A stretch of 64,000 nucleotides of DNA from Tricharina praecox (GCF_024521635.1 NW_026250430.1:186001-250000); one strand, 5' to 3'; numbered from the stretch's first letter, positions 37,843-50,219 are shown. Notes: generated from the sequence alone by a model not told the origin. Numbers and translations: made by a program.

Positions 37843-40758
37843 CACTGTGGCGCTTTGTCGAGGTGTTGGGGGTTCGTTTGAGGTCGTGGAGTCGTGATGG
37901 AAGAGTCGTAGGAGGGGTGCTGGGCAGAGGGCGGAACGAGGACGCGGCAAGGGTAGAGTAGACGGAGGAGGGGTGGAGTTTGCTGGCGTTGAACGATGTC
38001 GGGAGGGAGCTGTTGCTCTTGACGAGGAAAGTTCTCACAAGACGGGAGAGAGTAGGAGAGAGGATTGTTGTTGTGTGTGACGGGGGACGGGAACGCTAGT
38101 TAACGTATTGTATCGTATGTGTATCTCAGATAAAGTGAGCAACATCCATATGCGGCGGGGGTGGGGGTGGAGGTGGAGGTGGAGGGGTTGATGTTTCGGC
38201 CAAAAACGGCGGGTCACTCCACTTCCTCTAGTCACTTCTAGCATGATAGGCGCGATTCTATCACCAACGAAACACCGCCTCTTGCGCGCAGCGCGTCAGT
38301 TGCTCCGTTGGGCTTGCTCGCGTCGCAGCTGCTCGGCATGGCCCCTCGGTCATGGTCGGCCTTTTCCCGTGAGTGGCCGATGTTTGCTATCTCCATGTGT
38401 GAGATCAAGTGAGACATTTCGCGTCCGACAATTCGCGCCCGACACCTTGTGCAGACACTCCATTTCTATCGTCAAAACGGCTGTGAACACAATCCTATCA
38501 ACCCACATATATGAAGCGGCAGAGCTACCTTTCCCCTCCATTCCATTCCATCCTCGTGAAGTACTCCAACACGGAGCATCATAACTATCACTCGCATAAA
38601 GTGAAAAGCGACACACTTGCACCGCGTTAGCAACCATCACACCATTGCTCAGGCCACAGAGAGATTCACGTTAATACCACCAATCCGGTCACTTATATAC
38701 GTTCGGGAAGGGGGAGGAGACACCAGAAGGATATGGCTGTTTCGGGCCCACGAGAGCACTCATGGTGCTGAAAGCAAACTGATCGATCCAGATGAAGGAA
38801 GAATCCACCATGAGGAGCCCATTCCGTCCTGACAGCCGAGTTCGAAGCTCAATGCGTGCGAGCAGTTTATCGGGCTTGTTGGGGGTGATGACGAAACGAA
38901 GGACACGGATCACCATCATCTCCAAAGGCCGTACGTTCGAGGCTTTCAATTGACATACCTACTACGCTGCGTACCAATCGACCGTGTCTTTCTGTAAGTC
39001 TTCACTCTCTTTCTCGTCGCGTTTCTGGAGAGGGACTTGTTCCAGAGGTGGGCTTATTCATAGTTCCGAGGGACGAAGTCATCCGGTGACAGCTGTCGCG
39101 AACACACATGGCTGGTGCATCGTCTTCGCCATTACTGATGGCTGGTTCAAGGAATTATCCTTTAGAGTCCCTCCGCAATGCGGAGTCTGTTCCACCACTT
39201 CAGTGCGGCTGCGCGATATACCGGGAGCTGGCCGAAGTGGCGAACCAAAGAGGTGGATCATGGGAGCACCGGCAGGGACGTAGAGGTATGCTAGAAGTCG
39301 TAAAGAAGCCGTGGAGGTATAATCTGATTCGTGGGTATTATGAGATGCATCTGCAAGGTCGATTGCGGGTGCGGGAGGGGATCGGTAAGGTACCAGTCGG
39401 GGGATAGGTACGAACTGGAAGATACTTGTCGACGATGTGAAGCAGCTTGGTCTGAGCCACCGGTTAGTGAGGTACTCTGCCTCTTGGAAATGACATCCCT
39501 TCCGGCAGATTGGGAATTGTGGATGACCGAACTCCACCATCCGAATGGTGAGAACGCCTTCCCGCCAAAGGACAAAGGCCAAACCCTAAATCCCGTCTAC
39601 CCGGGGCAAGCCACCCGATCGCGATCCGCTCCCGATGTGATCGACCCGTCTGTTCGGCTTCTTTTTTGTTTTTTGTTTTAAAGGCCGGACAGTTCTGGTC
39701 GCACTTCTTCGATATCGGTTTCCGAAGATTGCTGCAGGGTATCACTTGAGCTGGCCGATCCGAAGCCGCTTAGCCGGTTGTCGACCCCACACCGAAATGT
39801 CAGCGGTTAGCCTCAGTTCTGTCCGCGTGCCTACTTCTTTTACGAGCACCGTCCTTTGAAGTTTGGAGTCCCAGGTCGTCTGATATAAGCACAGTATAGA
39901 GTTGTGCATTGTTCATCGTTCGCTCCAAGCCTCCAACGCTCCCCCTCACCTCGTGACGTCGGTTATTTCCGGCTCTCCACGTTTCGTTCAGGTCGCTCTA
40001 TGCAGGGTCCTCATATGATGCAATGGAGAGCGCCGAGCCGGACCTGTGCATGTGCCCTGATTTTGGGCGAATAAGGTACCCAAGTAAGAGAGCACTTTGC
40101 AGTAAAGTACCACAGAGAAAATATGTTTGAAGACCCACACGCGCGCACAGCCCCTCCCCTCCCCCCTCCCCCTCCTCACCGCGACCACTAGCCGACTCGA
40201 GACCGCTCAGCCCTTGGCGGCCTGCATGACCCGACGATGCGGCGGCGGCAGCGGCGGCAAGCAGAACTGGCAGATGCTCGCATGTATGTATAGTAGCTGA
40301 GATTCGCCGGTCACGATGAAAGAAAGGATGGCTGAAGAGGAGTGCGTAAGCAAGCAGCTATGTACACACAGGTCGGCAACTCGTCCCCGTGCATGCGTTG
40401 GAGCTTCTGAGACCCTTCCTCGTCATGACGCGGGCGGCTGACAGGCTCCCGTTCCCCAGATTTCCACTCGGGAGCCATCTCCAGCCTAGACCAGTCACTA
40501 GCACCGAGGGACCTGCTCATTTCACCGTAGCGCGCCCAGCAGGGGGGGGGGAGGGCCCGGAGGGGGTGTCCAGCTATTTTGGAACACCAAGAAGCTGCTG
40601 CCCTGGTGCTGTGTCCAACTGATCAACGCCTACGCACGCATCAATGTCCACCGACAAGACGCTACGAACGCTATACTATATAGTATATGTGCCCCCTCCC
40701 CCCCTTCCCCACCCGCACGAGAACACTGGTCTGAGCTGGTCTCAAGCACACTGCGACG

Positions 40759-42574
40759 ATGATGCCCCGCCTTTCCCACCTCCTCTGCGCGCTCACAGCA
40801 GCACTCCCTCTTTCCGGCGCGTCCCCGGCTCCCCGCGATGTCCTGGCCGACTACAAGGCCGCGGCGCACACGATGCAGACGCGGTTCTTCGACTTCGAGA
40901 CGGGCAGCTGGCCCAAGGCGATAGACTGGACGTCGGCGGTGTTGGGGACGCATCTGGCGGCGGCCAGTGCTACACTCACCACTACCGATCCCGCGCTCGC
41001 CGATAGCTACCTTAGCGAGCTACTGGCGTTCTACTACGGCCAGGCCAGCGAGAGCCTGAAGTTGCAGGCCTACGATGATATCCTGTGGGGTGAGTGGTGC
41101 GGAATGCGGGAGCGAACTGGGAGACTGACGGCGGCCCGCAGTGGTGCTGAACTGGCTCGAGGCCGTGCAAACGATTGACCACCGAGTTGCCGTGTTGCCC
41201 AAAGGCTCGTGGACGGGAGCGGAATGGCGAAGGACCTTTGCAGCTCGATCGTACGATTTCTACCAGATTGCGCACAATGGCTGGGACAACGATTTATGCG
41301 ATGGGGGGATGATCTGGTCTCCGGTATGCTCCCATAGCTCAATTGCAGCTCGGAGAGGGCGGCTGATACTAACTCCCCGCAGTGGCTAGAACCTTACAAG
41401 AATGCAATTACGAACGAGCTGTATATATCCGCGTCCATCGGCATGTTCCTGCATCACCCGTACCCGGCGCGGAATGAAACGTACCTTTGGAATGCGATCC
41501 GCGCGCACGAGTGGCTGACGAGCTCGAACATGACGGATGCGGGCGGGCTGTATACCGACGGCTTCCACGTGTCGAACCTCCGGGCCGGCGGGAAGCAGTG
41601 CGACAAGCGCGACGAGATGGTGTACACCTACAACCAGGGCGTGTTGCTCAGTGCGCTCAGGGGGCTAGCCGAGGCGACAAACGACGAGAAATACATCGTC
41701 GAGGGGCTGCAGCTGATCGATGCCGTGCTGAAATCAGAGGGCTCCGTCGGCGAACTCGTCTTCGACGGGATCCTGACGGAAAAATGCGATCCGGGCGGGT
41801 ACTGCTCGCAGAACGGGTTCGTTTTGTGCACCCCCTCTCCCTCCCCCACGAACAACACCCAAGTAACATCTCGACTGCAGCCAAACCTTCAAGGGCATCT
41901 TCATGCACCACCTAACGACCTTCTGCAAGCCGCTCACGCACGCCTCGCGCCTCGCGCCCGCCACAAAACGTAGCCACCGCCTCTCCTGCGCGCGGTACCA
42001 AACGTTCATCCGGCGCGCCGCCCACACCGCGCTGATAACGCGCAACGAGCACGGAGTAATGGGCAGCTGGTGGGGGATCCCGGCGGGGCTCCTCACCTCG
42101 ACACACTCCACACACGACACCCGGCCGCCCGGCACCAGCGACTTCGAGAACATGTGCGTCTCCTCTTTGCAGGCACACGCGTGCGAAGCCGCGCAGCGCC
42201 CCTCCGGCACCCGCTGGGGAGATCTGAATGATCGCGGCCGAGGCCGCACTGTGGAAAGCCACTCCGGCGGACTGGCCGCATTGAGAGCTCTCCTCGTGCT
42301 GAATGCGCAGACAAATGTAAAGACTAGGAGTATGCGCGCTGCGGAGATGTGGCGCGATATTGGGAAGAGCAGGTGGGCGGCTGCTCTAGAGGTGATGGTC
42401 GTAGCGGCGGCAGCGCTGTGGATGGTGACTATCGTTTGTTGGTCTGCGAAGGCGGGGGAGAAGGCGGGGGAGAAGGGGATGGGCAAGGGCAAGGGCAAGG
42501 GCAAGGAGAAGGAGCAACAGGTGGAAGTGGAAGAGGTGGATGAGGTGGGGAAAGGCGCTTATGGAACTTTCTAG
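40759..42574 (+). CDS. Glycoside hydrolase family 76 (alpha-1,6-mannanase-like) with signal peptide and C-terminal TM helix (546 aa)
   Basis: Exons 40759-41089, 41142-41323, 41383-41816, 41881-42574. Catalytic YDDILW, CDGGMIW, YKNAITNEL, YTYNQGVLLS, QTFKGIFMHHL, GRGRTVESHSGG. Confidence 0.92.
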
Positions 42575-43311
42575 GGATGGCCCAGGGGAGGTGATTATGA
42601 TGCTACGAATTCTTATGTACTTGCCTACCTTTCCGATTTGATTTGTTGGCGCGCGGGAGTTGTCTGTCTGTTGGAATTTGGAAGTTGCGGCTTATATCGT
42701 AATTTTCTTGAGCTTGAGCGGCTGGCGGGGGGCGCGATGGTAACGATGTGTGCATACCGGTGCTCTGCTTAGAGGCTTCTACTAGCAGTTGCTAGATGGC
42801 TTAGTTATACGCATGTGAGGCTATATACGTAGAGGAGTGAATTGATTGGAGTGTTTGTTGGAACTTGGAAGTTGGGAGTTGGGAGCTAGATTGTCTCTCG
42901 TGAATGGTGCCCGCAATCGCATGGGTGAATGATTTCCGCGAGAAGGACGGTGGTTATCTGCAGATGGACAGCAGGTATGGGTATTGATAGTTGGTGAGTG
43001 AATGAGTGAGTGAGTGAGTGGTTCCTGTCAGGATTTAGGGTAGGTAGATTGCCGCCAGACTCCAGACTCCAGACACCAGAGAGTGGACACTGTATGTACA
43101 CTGTATGTACACTGTATGATCCCTGCTTGAGACTCTGAGTTAATGAGATAATGGGCCAAGAGAGTGAATGGGCCAAGAGAGTCAATGGTCCTTGCCTGTG
43201 TGAATAGGCTTACGAATAAGGAGAGTGAATGAGCCTACGAGAGTAGATGGGCCTGCGAGACTGAATGGGCCACGAGAATTAATGGGCCAAGAGAGTGAAT
43301 GGTCCCTGCCT

Positions 43312-43420
43312 GAGTGAATGGGCCAAGAGAGTGAATGGGACAAGAGAGTGAATGGGACAAGAGAGTGAATGGGACAAGAGAGTGAATGGGACAAGAGAGT
43401 GAATGGGACAAGAGAGTGAA
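43312..43420. repeat. 17-bp minisatellite x6
   Basis: (gagtgaatggg[a/c]caaga)6. Confidence 0.95.
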
Positions 43421-43505
43421 ATGTAGTTAGCTACGAATGAATGAATGAATGGTGGTTGCGGGTACAAATACCTAGTGTGGTGTCTACCAACGAGAGCGGG
43501 GGAAG

Positions 43506-43627
43506 GTGAATGGAGCCTGCATAGGTGAATGGAGCCTGCAGAGGTGAATGGAGCCCGCAGATGTGAATGGAGCCCGCAGATGTGAATGGAGCCCGCAGAG
43601 GTGAATGGAGCCCGCAGAGGTGAATGG
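43506..43627. repeat. 19-bp minisatellite x6
   Basis: (gtgaatggagcc[c/t]gca[g/t]a[g/t])6. Confidence 0.95.
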
Positions 43628-43915
43628 GTCTGCGAGAGTGGATGGTCCCTGCCTGAGAGAATGGGACCTACGAGAGTGAGATTGAAATGTACGGTAGCTA
43701 TGAATGAATGGTGGCTGCGGGGTAAAATACTACAAATAGTGCTCACGAGAGCGGATGTGGTGTTTACCAACAAGAGGGGGTGGAAGATGAATGGTGCCCG
43801 CAATCATACGAGGAGGATTGAATTGATTGGAGTATTTGGTGGGAGCTGGATTGACCCTCGCACATGAAAGTAAATGGTGCCCGCATGGGTGAATGGGGCC
43901 TACGAGAGTGAAATG

Positions 43916-44128
43916 TGTTAGCAGGACTCGTGGAGGTGAATAACTAAAGCGATGGAGATTGAGGGAAGTGAAGCGGTACGTTCGTGCGTAGGAGCTACCG
44001 GTACAAGAGAGGGAGAGAAAGAGAAAGAAAACTAACCTTGGACCCACTACCGCACCGAATATTCCAAGCGTCCACCAGTCCTCCGAACGGCTAGTGGATT
44101 ACCTACCGGAAACACACCCGTTCCCATA
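43916..44128 (+). mobile_element. Putative solo LTR, copy 1 (no TSD)
   Basis: Starts TGTTAGCAGGACTCG and ends CCCATA. Aligns by eye to the reverse complement of 45102-45303 at both ends. Flanks (aaatg / cctga) do not match. Confidence 0.45.
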
Positions 44129-45101
44129 CCTGAGACTCTGAGAGAATAGGCCCTACGAGGGTGAAATGTAGTTACATGCGAATGAATGGTGGCTGCGAGT
44201 ACAACAATGCTCACGAGAGCGGATGTGGTGTCTACCAACGACTCGACGAGAGCGGGCGGGTAAAGATGAATGGACCACGGTGCCCGCATGGGCGAATGGT
44301 GCCCACGAGAAGGACGGTGTCGGCGGATGAACAACGCGTAGGATCATCGATAGTGGGTGGTTCTTATCAGCCTGAGGATACCATAGATGGCCTCCAGAGA
44401 GTGGATGGTCCCTGCCTGGGACTCTGGGAGAATGGGGCCTACGAGAGTGAATGGGATTACGAGAGTTAAATGTGGCTACGACCGAACAAATGAACGAATG
44501 GAGGCTGCGGGGGCACAAATAGTACTCACGACTCACGAAAGCGGATGTGGTGTCTACCAGCGACTCAACGAGAGAGGGCGGGTGAAGATGAATGGATCAT
44601 GGTGCCCGCAATCGCATCGGTGAATGATGTCCGAGAGAAGGACGGTGTTGGCGGATGAACAGCAAGTATAATCATTGATGGTGAGTGGCTACTGTCAAGA
44701 TAGATTGCCTCTAGAGAGTGCATGGCCCGTCCCTACAGGAGAGAATGGGGCCTATGACTCTACGGGAGAGAAATGTACGGTAGCAACGAATGAATTGTGA
44801 GAATGGGCCTACGAGCGTGAAGTGTAGCTACGAGTAAATGGTGAGAATGGGCCTACGAGGGTAAAGTGTAGCTACGAATGAATGGTCGCTGCGAGGTACA
44901 ATACTACAATTACCTAGTGCACACGGGAGCGCATGTGCTCTGGTGTCTACTGTACCAACGAGAGCGGGTGGAAGATGAAGATGAATGGAGCCCGCATGAG
45001 TGAATGAATGATGTCCACCAGAAGGACGATGTCTGCGGGTGAGCAACGCGTATGATCATTGATAGTGAGTGGTTCCTATCAGGATAGGTGGATTGCCTCC
45101 A

Positions 45102-45208
45102 TGCGGGAGCGAGTGTGTTTCCGGCGAGTAATCCACTATGTAGCCGTTCAGAGAACCGGTGGTGGGTGCTCGGAATATTCGATGCGGTAGCGGGTCCAAG
45201 TTTGGTTT

Positions 45209-45269
<61 letters not shown>

Positions 45270-45303
45270 ATCTCTCTCTCTCCCTCCGCGAGTCCTTCAA
45301 ACA
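45102..45303 (-). mobile_element. Putative solo LTR, copy 2, with 5-bp TSD and internal (TC)n expansion
   Basis: TG...CA termini flanked by CTCCA (45097-45101) and CTCCA (45304-45308). Sister repeat units show the empty site (gatggcctccagagagtg near 44387; gattgcctctagagagtg near 44703). Confidence 0.6.
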
Positions 45304-45658
45304 CTCCAGACTCCAGACAGTGAATGGTTCCTGTCTGACACTCTGGGAGAATGGGGTCTGCGAGAGTCAATGGTCACTGCCTGAGTGTATGGGTCTGCGA
45401 GAGTGAAATGTAGCTACGAAAGAGTGAGTGGTGGCTGCGGGGTACAAATAGTGCTCACGAGAGCGGATGTTGTGGTGTCTACCAACAAGGGCGGGCGAGC
45501 TTGAATAGGTAGGAGAGGGATTATGTGGTGGCCACCAGCATGTCCGAGAGTGAATAGGCGGTGAATGTCACCAAGTTAAGAGTGACAGATCATGATGCAA
45601 ATCATCGAACGAGGCTCAATAGGTACCGGTAGTTAGCAGTGAGGGTCATGTTGGGCAC

Positions 45659-46066
45659 CACGAAGCCATGCCTTCCAGACCATTATCGCAGTCCGTAACT
45701 CCTCGACAGTAGTCCACGGGTGTGTTGTCTGTCACCACCACGAGAGGCGTACATGTAGGATGGGTAGATGGGGGATCTGATTAGATAGGAAGAGGAGGAG
45801 AGGCTACTTTCGTCGGATCGGTGTACTCTATGTATATATCCGAATGGTGGTGTCAGCCGGACTAGCCGGATCGAGTGACACCGAACGTTGTAGGCAGCGG
45901 GGGAGAGCCAAAGTAGAGTAGACGGCTCTTCGAAGTTCAATACAACCTCAACTCCTTCTTCATCTTTCATTTTCGCCGTCTTCTTTCCAGGATTACGTCA
46001 GTATCACGAAACCATGCCTTCCAGACCATTAGAGCAATCTGCCATCCTCGACAGTAGCCCACGGGT
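45659..46066. repeat. Pair of diverged ~62-bp direct repeats
   Basis: cacgaa[g/a]ccatgccttccagaccatta...tcctcgacagtag[t/c]ccacgggt at 45659-45721 and 46005-46066. Confidence 0.85.
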
Positions 46067-48723
46067 AGTCCAATCATTCGGCACAATCATACACCACGCA
46101 GTCGCAGTGGCGCCAGCTCGAGCCTCGCAGAGTTGCAGACTCGCAGACTCCCAGTGGCCAACAACCGGCCGCAACAGCGACCAGCACCAGCACCAGCACC
46201 AGCCCACCACGTGTGGATGACAGCGAGCGGCGGACTATTCCACAGGAGGCTGTCGATTTGCGGCAAGATCAACCATCCCAGGCTCGGTGCGGGTATCGCT
46301 ATGGGGAGGGAGAGATCGTCAGACAGGCACCATCGTAAGCCACTGGTGCGCTTGCGACCACGCTCCATTCCAACGTTGGCGAGATGTGATGGAGTGACAG
46401 AACGGTTTATCGCCCCCCCCCTCCTCCCCCCTCCTGCCGCTCGCGCAGTAAAAACAACAGTGATTTGATATCTCGCGCGGCGCTGACGTCGTGGGCGAAA
46501 GGTGAGCGGCTGTTAATGTGTACAACCTACTCTACTCTGGATAGGATTGTGGCTCGTCACGTCAGCAAATGCTTAATCCTGTGCCGCACGACATCCGGCA
46601 GGAGCAGCCGACCGGAGAGTTTATCCTGGTTGTGATACCTATTGCATCTTATCTATCCGATCTGCTTCCGCCTATATACAATGAGTGTATGGCCGCTGCC
46701 GCCCGACCGCCGACCGCCGGGCTACATCACGTTGGGTCAATTAGGATTATCAATGTCCGCGCTGGCTTCTCACGGACTCGGGGTGCACCTACTCTATGGA
46801 ATGCCATAAGAAAAAAATTGGGTTGTCCCGCGGGCAATTGCGAATCAGTTACAAACTGGAAGCACAAAGAATCGGATCGACATCTCGATGGCATCAACTC
46901 TAGAGTCTACTACCGTACTCTACACACGTCCAGCAGCTTCCTTCCCTCCTCTCCCCCTTCCAGCAAGGACGCATCCATCATCACCGCCACCACCGCTACC
47001 ACCACCACCGCCGCCAAGCAAACGCATCCGATCCGGCCTTTGCACGCGAGCCAGCCAGCGTGCTGCGTGCGCAGACGAGCACCATTTCGTTCTGGCTGGC
47101 AGCTGCTGCCCGTTCCGTTTGCACCGAGAAGCCGCTATCCGGCAGTTCCAGCTCGTGCTCTACCGTACATAACTCCTCGCACTACCGTACGAGCTGCTTG
47201 AGGGAGCTGCCTCGATCCTGCACGCCATCTCGCTGGGCACTGAGCCCTCGCTACCAACAACAACCACTTCCCGATCTCCGGCAGCCCGCATGCATGCAGA
47301 GAGGGACGGGGGGCAGAGAACCGGATACTGTCCGGTGCAAACAATTGCTCCCAGCTATGGTAGGTGGCCATCACTCCCACTCCCGCTCCCCTTCCTCCAC
47401 CCACCACCCACCCACCCAATTCCTACTACCTAACCACTACAACTCCACCTCCAACTCCAACTCCAACTCCAACTCCAACTCCAACTCCACTGCGTACGAC
47501 TGCAACTCCAACCCACGGATCCTCACCTTCTTCGCCTCACTGTGCGCCCAACAACAATAACAACACTCTCGGCGGAAAGAAAGACGAAAAAAAAGCAAAC
47601 CCCACCCGCTGCAAACGAACGCACACACACATCTGCTGGCCATCTCATCTCGTTCAATTTGCCATCGTCCCTCTGAGGAAAAGAAAAAGAAAAATCAGAG
47701 GAGAGAAGGAAAAAAAAAGATCACCCTCCTTCCCGAGGCTCGGAGCAGAAGGGAAAGGGGGAAGAAAAAACGGGAAGAAAAAAAAACAACAACGATGCCA
47801 TTGCAAACAGAAATTGAAAGGGTAGAAATACATATCCCCACTGCCGCCGCCAGCACACAGGACAGCACAGTAAAGCAAAGCACAGGACGGCTCTTTCTTA
47901 TACTGTCTTCCCTTCTCATCCTTCCACCACCGAGAAACGATACCCACAAATGCACGGGAGCAAGAAAACCTCCGAACCAGATCGATCGAGGCTGAAAAGA
48001 GCCAGACAAATTTACCCCCGTCGACCAGCCACTGAGCAACCAATAAAACCGGGTATCATCACCCAAAACGGCCAAGAAGGTGCAAGACTAAGGAAAAAAT
48101 AGGGCAATTGAAAATTACAGACAGAACAGAAATCAATGACGGCTTCCGAAGAAAAAAAACACACACACTCATACATCGCGCCGCCGCGGCCGGTATATCG
48201 TCACCCAGAACGAAACGGAAAAGAGAAACAGAAAGAACACCCACAGCCTTTATAAAATAAAAAAAATAAAAAAACTTCCATAGGAAAAAAGATTTCTCAA
48301 ACGCCGCTCCAATCCCATCCAACCCAATCCAATCCCCCCTCCCCGCGCGCGCAAAACCCAAACAGATTAAGGTATGCCAGTTGCAAAAAAAAGAATTCAC
48401 GATCCGGAAACATATAACCACAAAACAAAACAAGAGAAAGAGAACATATAAGAGACATGAAAGTGTCGTCAGCCTCTCAGCCTTCAAAAAAATCTTTGCA
48501 TGTTCCCGGGGAACGACATCACGACACGGAGGATAACCAGCTTCGTCCGATTTCGGCTTTCCAACCAAGAAAATAAATATTCCGCCGCCGCCGTCATCGC
48601 TTTTCGGAAGGTCCAGGGAACAAGGAGGGGTGGGGACCATGAAACCAGAAATGTGATATCGCCCAGATATCCGTGGCGATAATCCGGCGGGTATTGCAGC
48701 AGCAGCGCACGGTACACACATCA

Positions 48724-50219
48724 CTACTGTGGTGATGGCTCATGTTCGGTATCTGAGATCTCCCGGGCCTTCTCCCTGCATGCTGCCGGCGAGAACCCGC
48801 TTCCAACTTTGGCAGCAATCAATCGCCACCGATCTTGCTCGTACTCCGAGATTGCGGTACGCAATCGCTGTACCTGCTTAGGGCCCCGGATGTCAGCAAA
48901 AGAACATGAAGGCAACAATCAACCCATCGCACCCGATGATCTCAATGGTATGCTTGATCCCGACAGTGGGAAAATTTCCCGAGCCCAGCAGGGGGTCGCA
49001 ACCCGGGAGATGGCGCTCATGCGGTTGGAGAAAGTGAAGAAACAGAGCCAGGTTGCTGGGAAGTAATAACGGGACTTCACTCCAACTGCCGCACCGGGGC
49101 TACACAAGATGTACCATGGGGTGCCCGCGCCGGTTCGACCAACCAACCCAGTCCAACCCGCACGACCAACATTTGGAAGTCCAACCGGGGCAACGCAAAG
49201 CGTGAGAAGTTGGGGAAAGTCGGGGAGTTGGGGAGTTGGGGGGAGTTGGGAATATTCCTTACCGTTTCATCTGTCCACTGTGTCGTCTTGGCCTTCAGTT
49301 TTGTGCAGTACCGGACCTGCAGAGTTCCAGACGAACGCCCCGGAAAGAACTCTGCGATTTGCTTCCACGTCAATGATTTGTTCTCCTTCAGATCGACTAG
49401 CAGCGTGTCATCCTCGGGTGTGAACTTCAGTTTGGGACCTCTAGGTCTTGGAGCGGGTGACGGCATCGTCATCGGGTGGGATGATGCGCTTGCCACAGCT
49501 GTGGAAGGGCCTGGCATGCCAATTGCCGGGCTTACACCTCCACCTCCACCTCCAATACTACCACCACCACCACCACCTCCACCTCCACCACCCAATCCGG
49601 CACTTGTTCTTGCCATTTTCGCTGGCGGTGGATGGTCGGATAGGTGGTGGTGATGGTGATGAAGCTGTTGATGTTGCTGAGTGAGCTGGGCATGCTGCTG
49701 ATGTTGATGCTGCTGATGCGCCCGGCGGTGGTGCGTGTGTTGCGGCGGCGGTGGGAGATGATGGTAGTGCGGTTCGACGTCTTGATCCTCCTCGTCTTCT
49801 CGGAGTCCAAGGTCCAGCTCTAACTCTTCGTGGGTGCGAGCTCGTGGCTTCGACGACGTGTGCCCGTACAGGTGCGTGCTTCCTCCGCCCAGATGCGATG
49901 GCGGCCGTTGGTGAGCCATTTGTTGGACGTGGAGTAGCGGTTCGTTCAAGTCGTCGAGCGAATCGAGCCCGCGGGGTTCTTGCTGTTGGGCCTGGGGGTA
50001 GTTGGCGGTGGTGGTGTACTCCTGTTGCTGTTGCTGTTGTTGCTGTTGCTGCTGCTGCTGCTGCTGGGAGTAGTGCCGTTGCTGCTGCTGCTGTTGATAA
50101 CTGACGCTGCCGCCGTGGGGTTCAGTTGTGGCCTGCTGGCTCTGGTGAAGGTGATGCTGCTGTGGCGGCCGGCGGGAGTAACTCGGTCCAGTGAGCTGGT
50201 GGTAATACGGAGCAGCCAC
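48724..50219 (-). CDS. Two-repeat Myb/SANT DNA-binding transcription factor with Q/H-rich N-terminus (368 aa from GTG 50219; 268 aa from first ATG 49919)
   Basis: Exons 50219(or 49919)-49263 and 48873-48724 (389-nt intron gtaagg...gctgac...agcag). KFTPEDDTLLVDLKENKSLTWKQIAEFFPGRSSGTLQVRYCTKL + QWTDET/VQRLRTAISEYEQDRWRLIAAKVGSGFSPAACREKA. Start codon uncertain. Confidence 0.9.

Larger units (their letters stand above)
42825..45497. repeat. Degenerate multi-module repeat array (about 6 units of 260-550 bp), strongly G/A-skewed
   Basis: Core ggtggctgcggggtacaaatagtgctcacgagagcggatgtggtgtctaccaac recurs near 43451, 43710, 44188, 44500, 44884 and 45430. Modules gaatggggcctacgagagtgaaatgtag and gaatggtgcccgcaatcgcatgggtgaatgat...gagaaggacggtg recur with it. 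Confidence 0.85.

Noticed and set aside
43312..43627. Regularly spaced short repeats resembling a CRISPR array
   Set aside because: Head-to-tail units without unique spacers, eukaryotic context, no cas genes.
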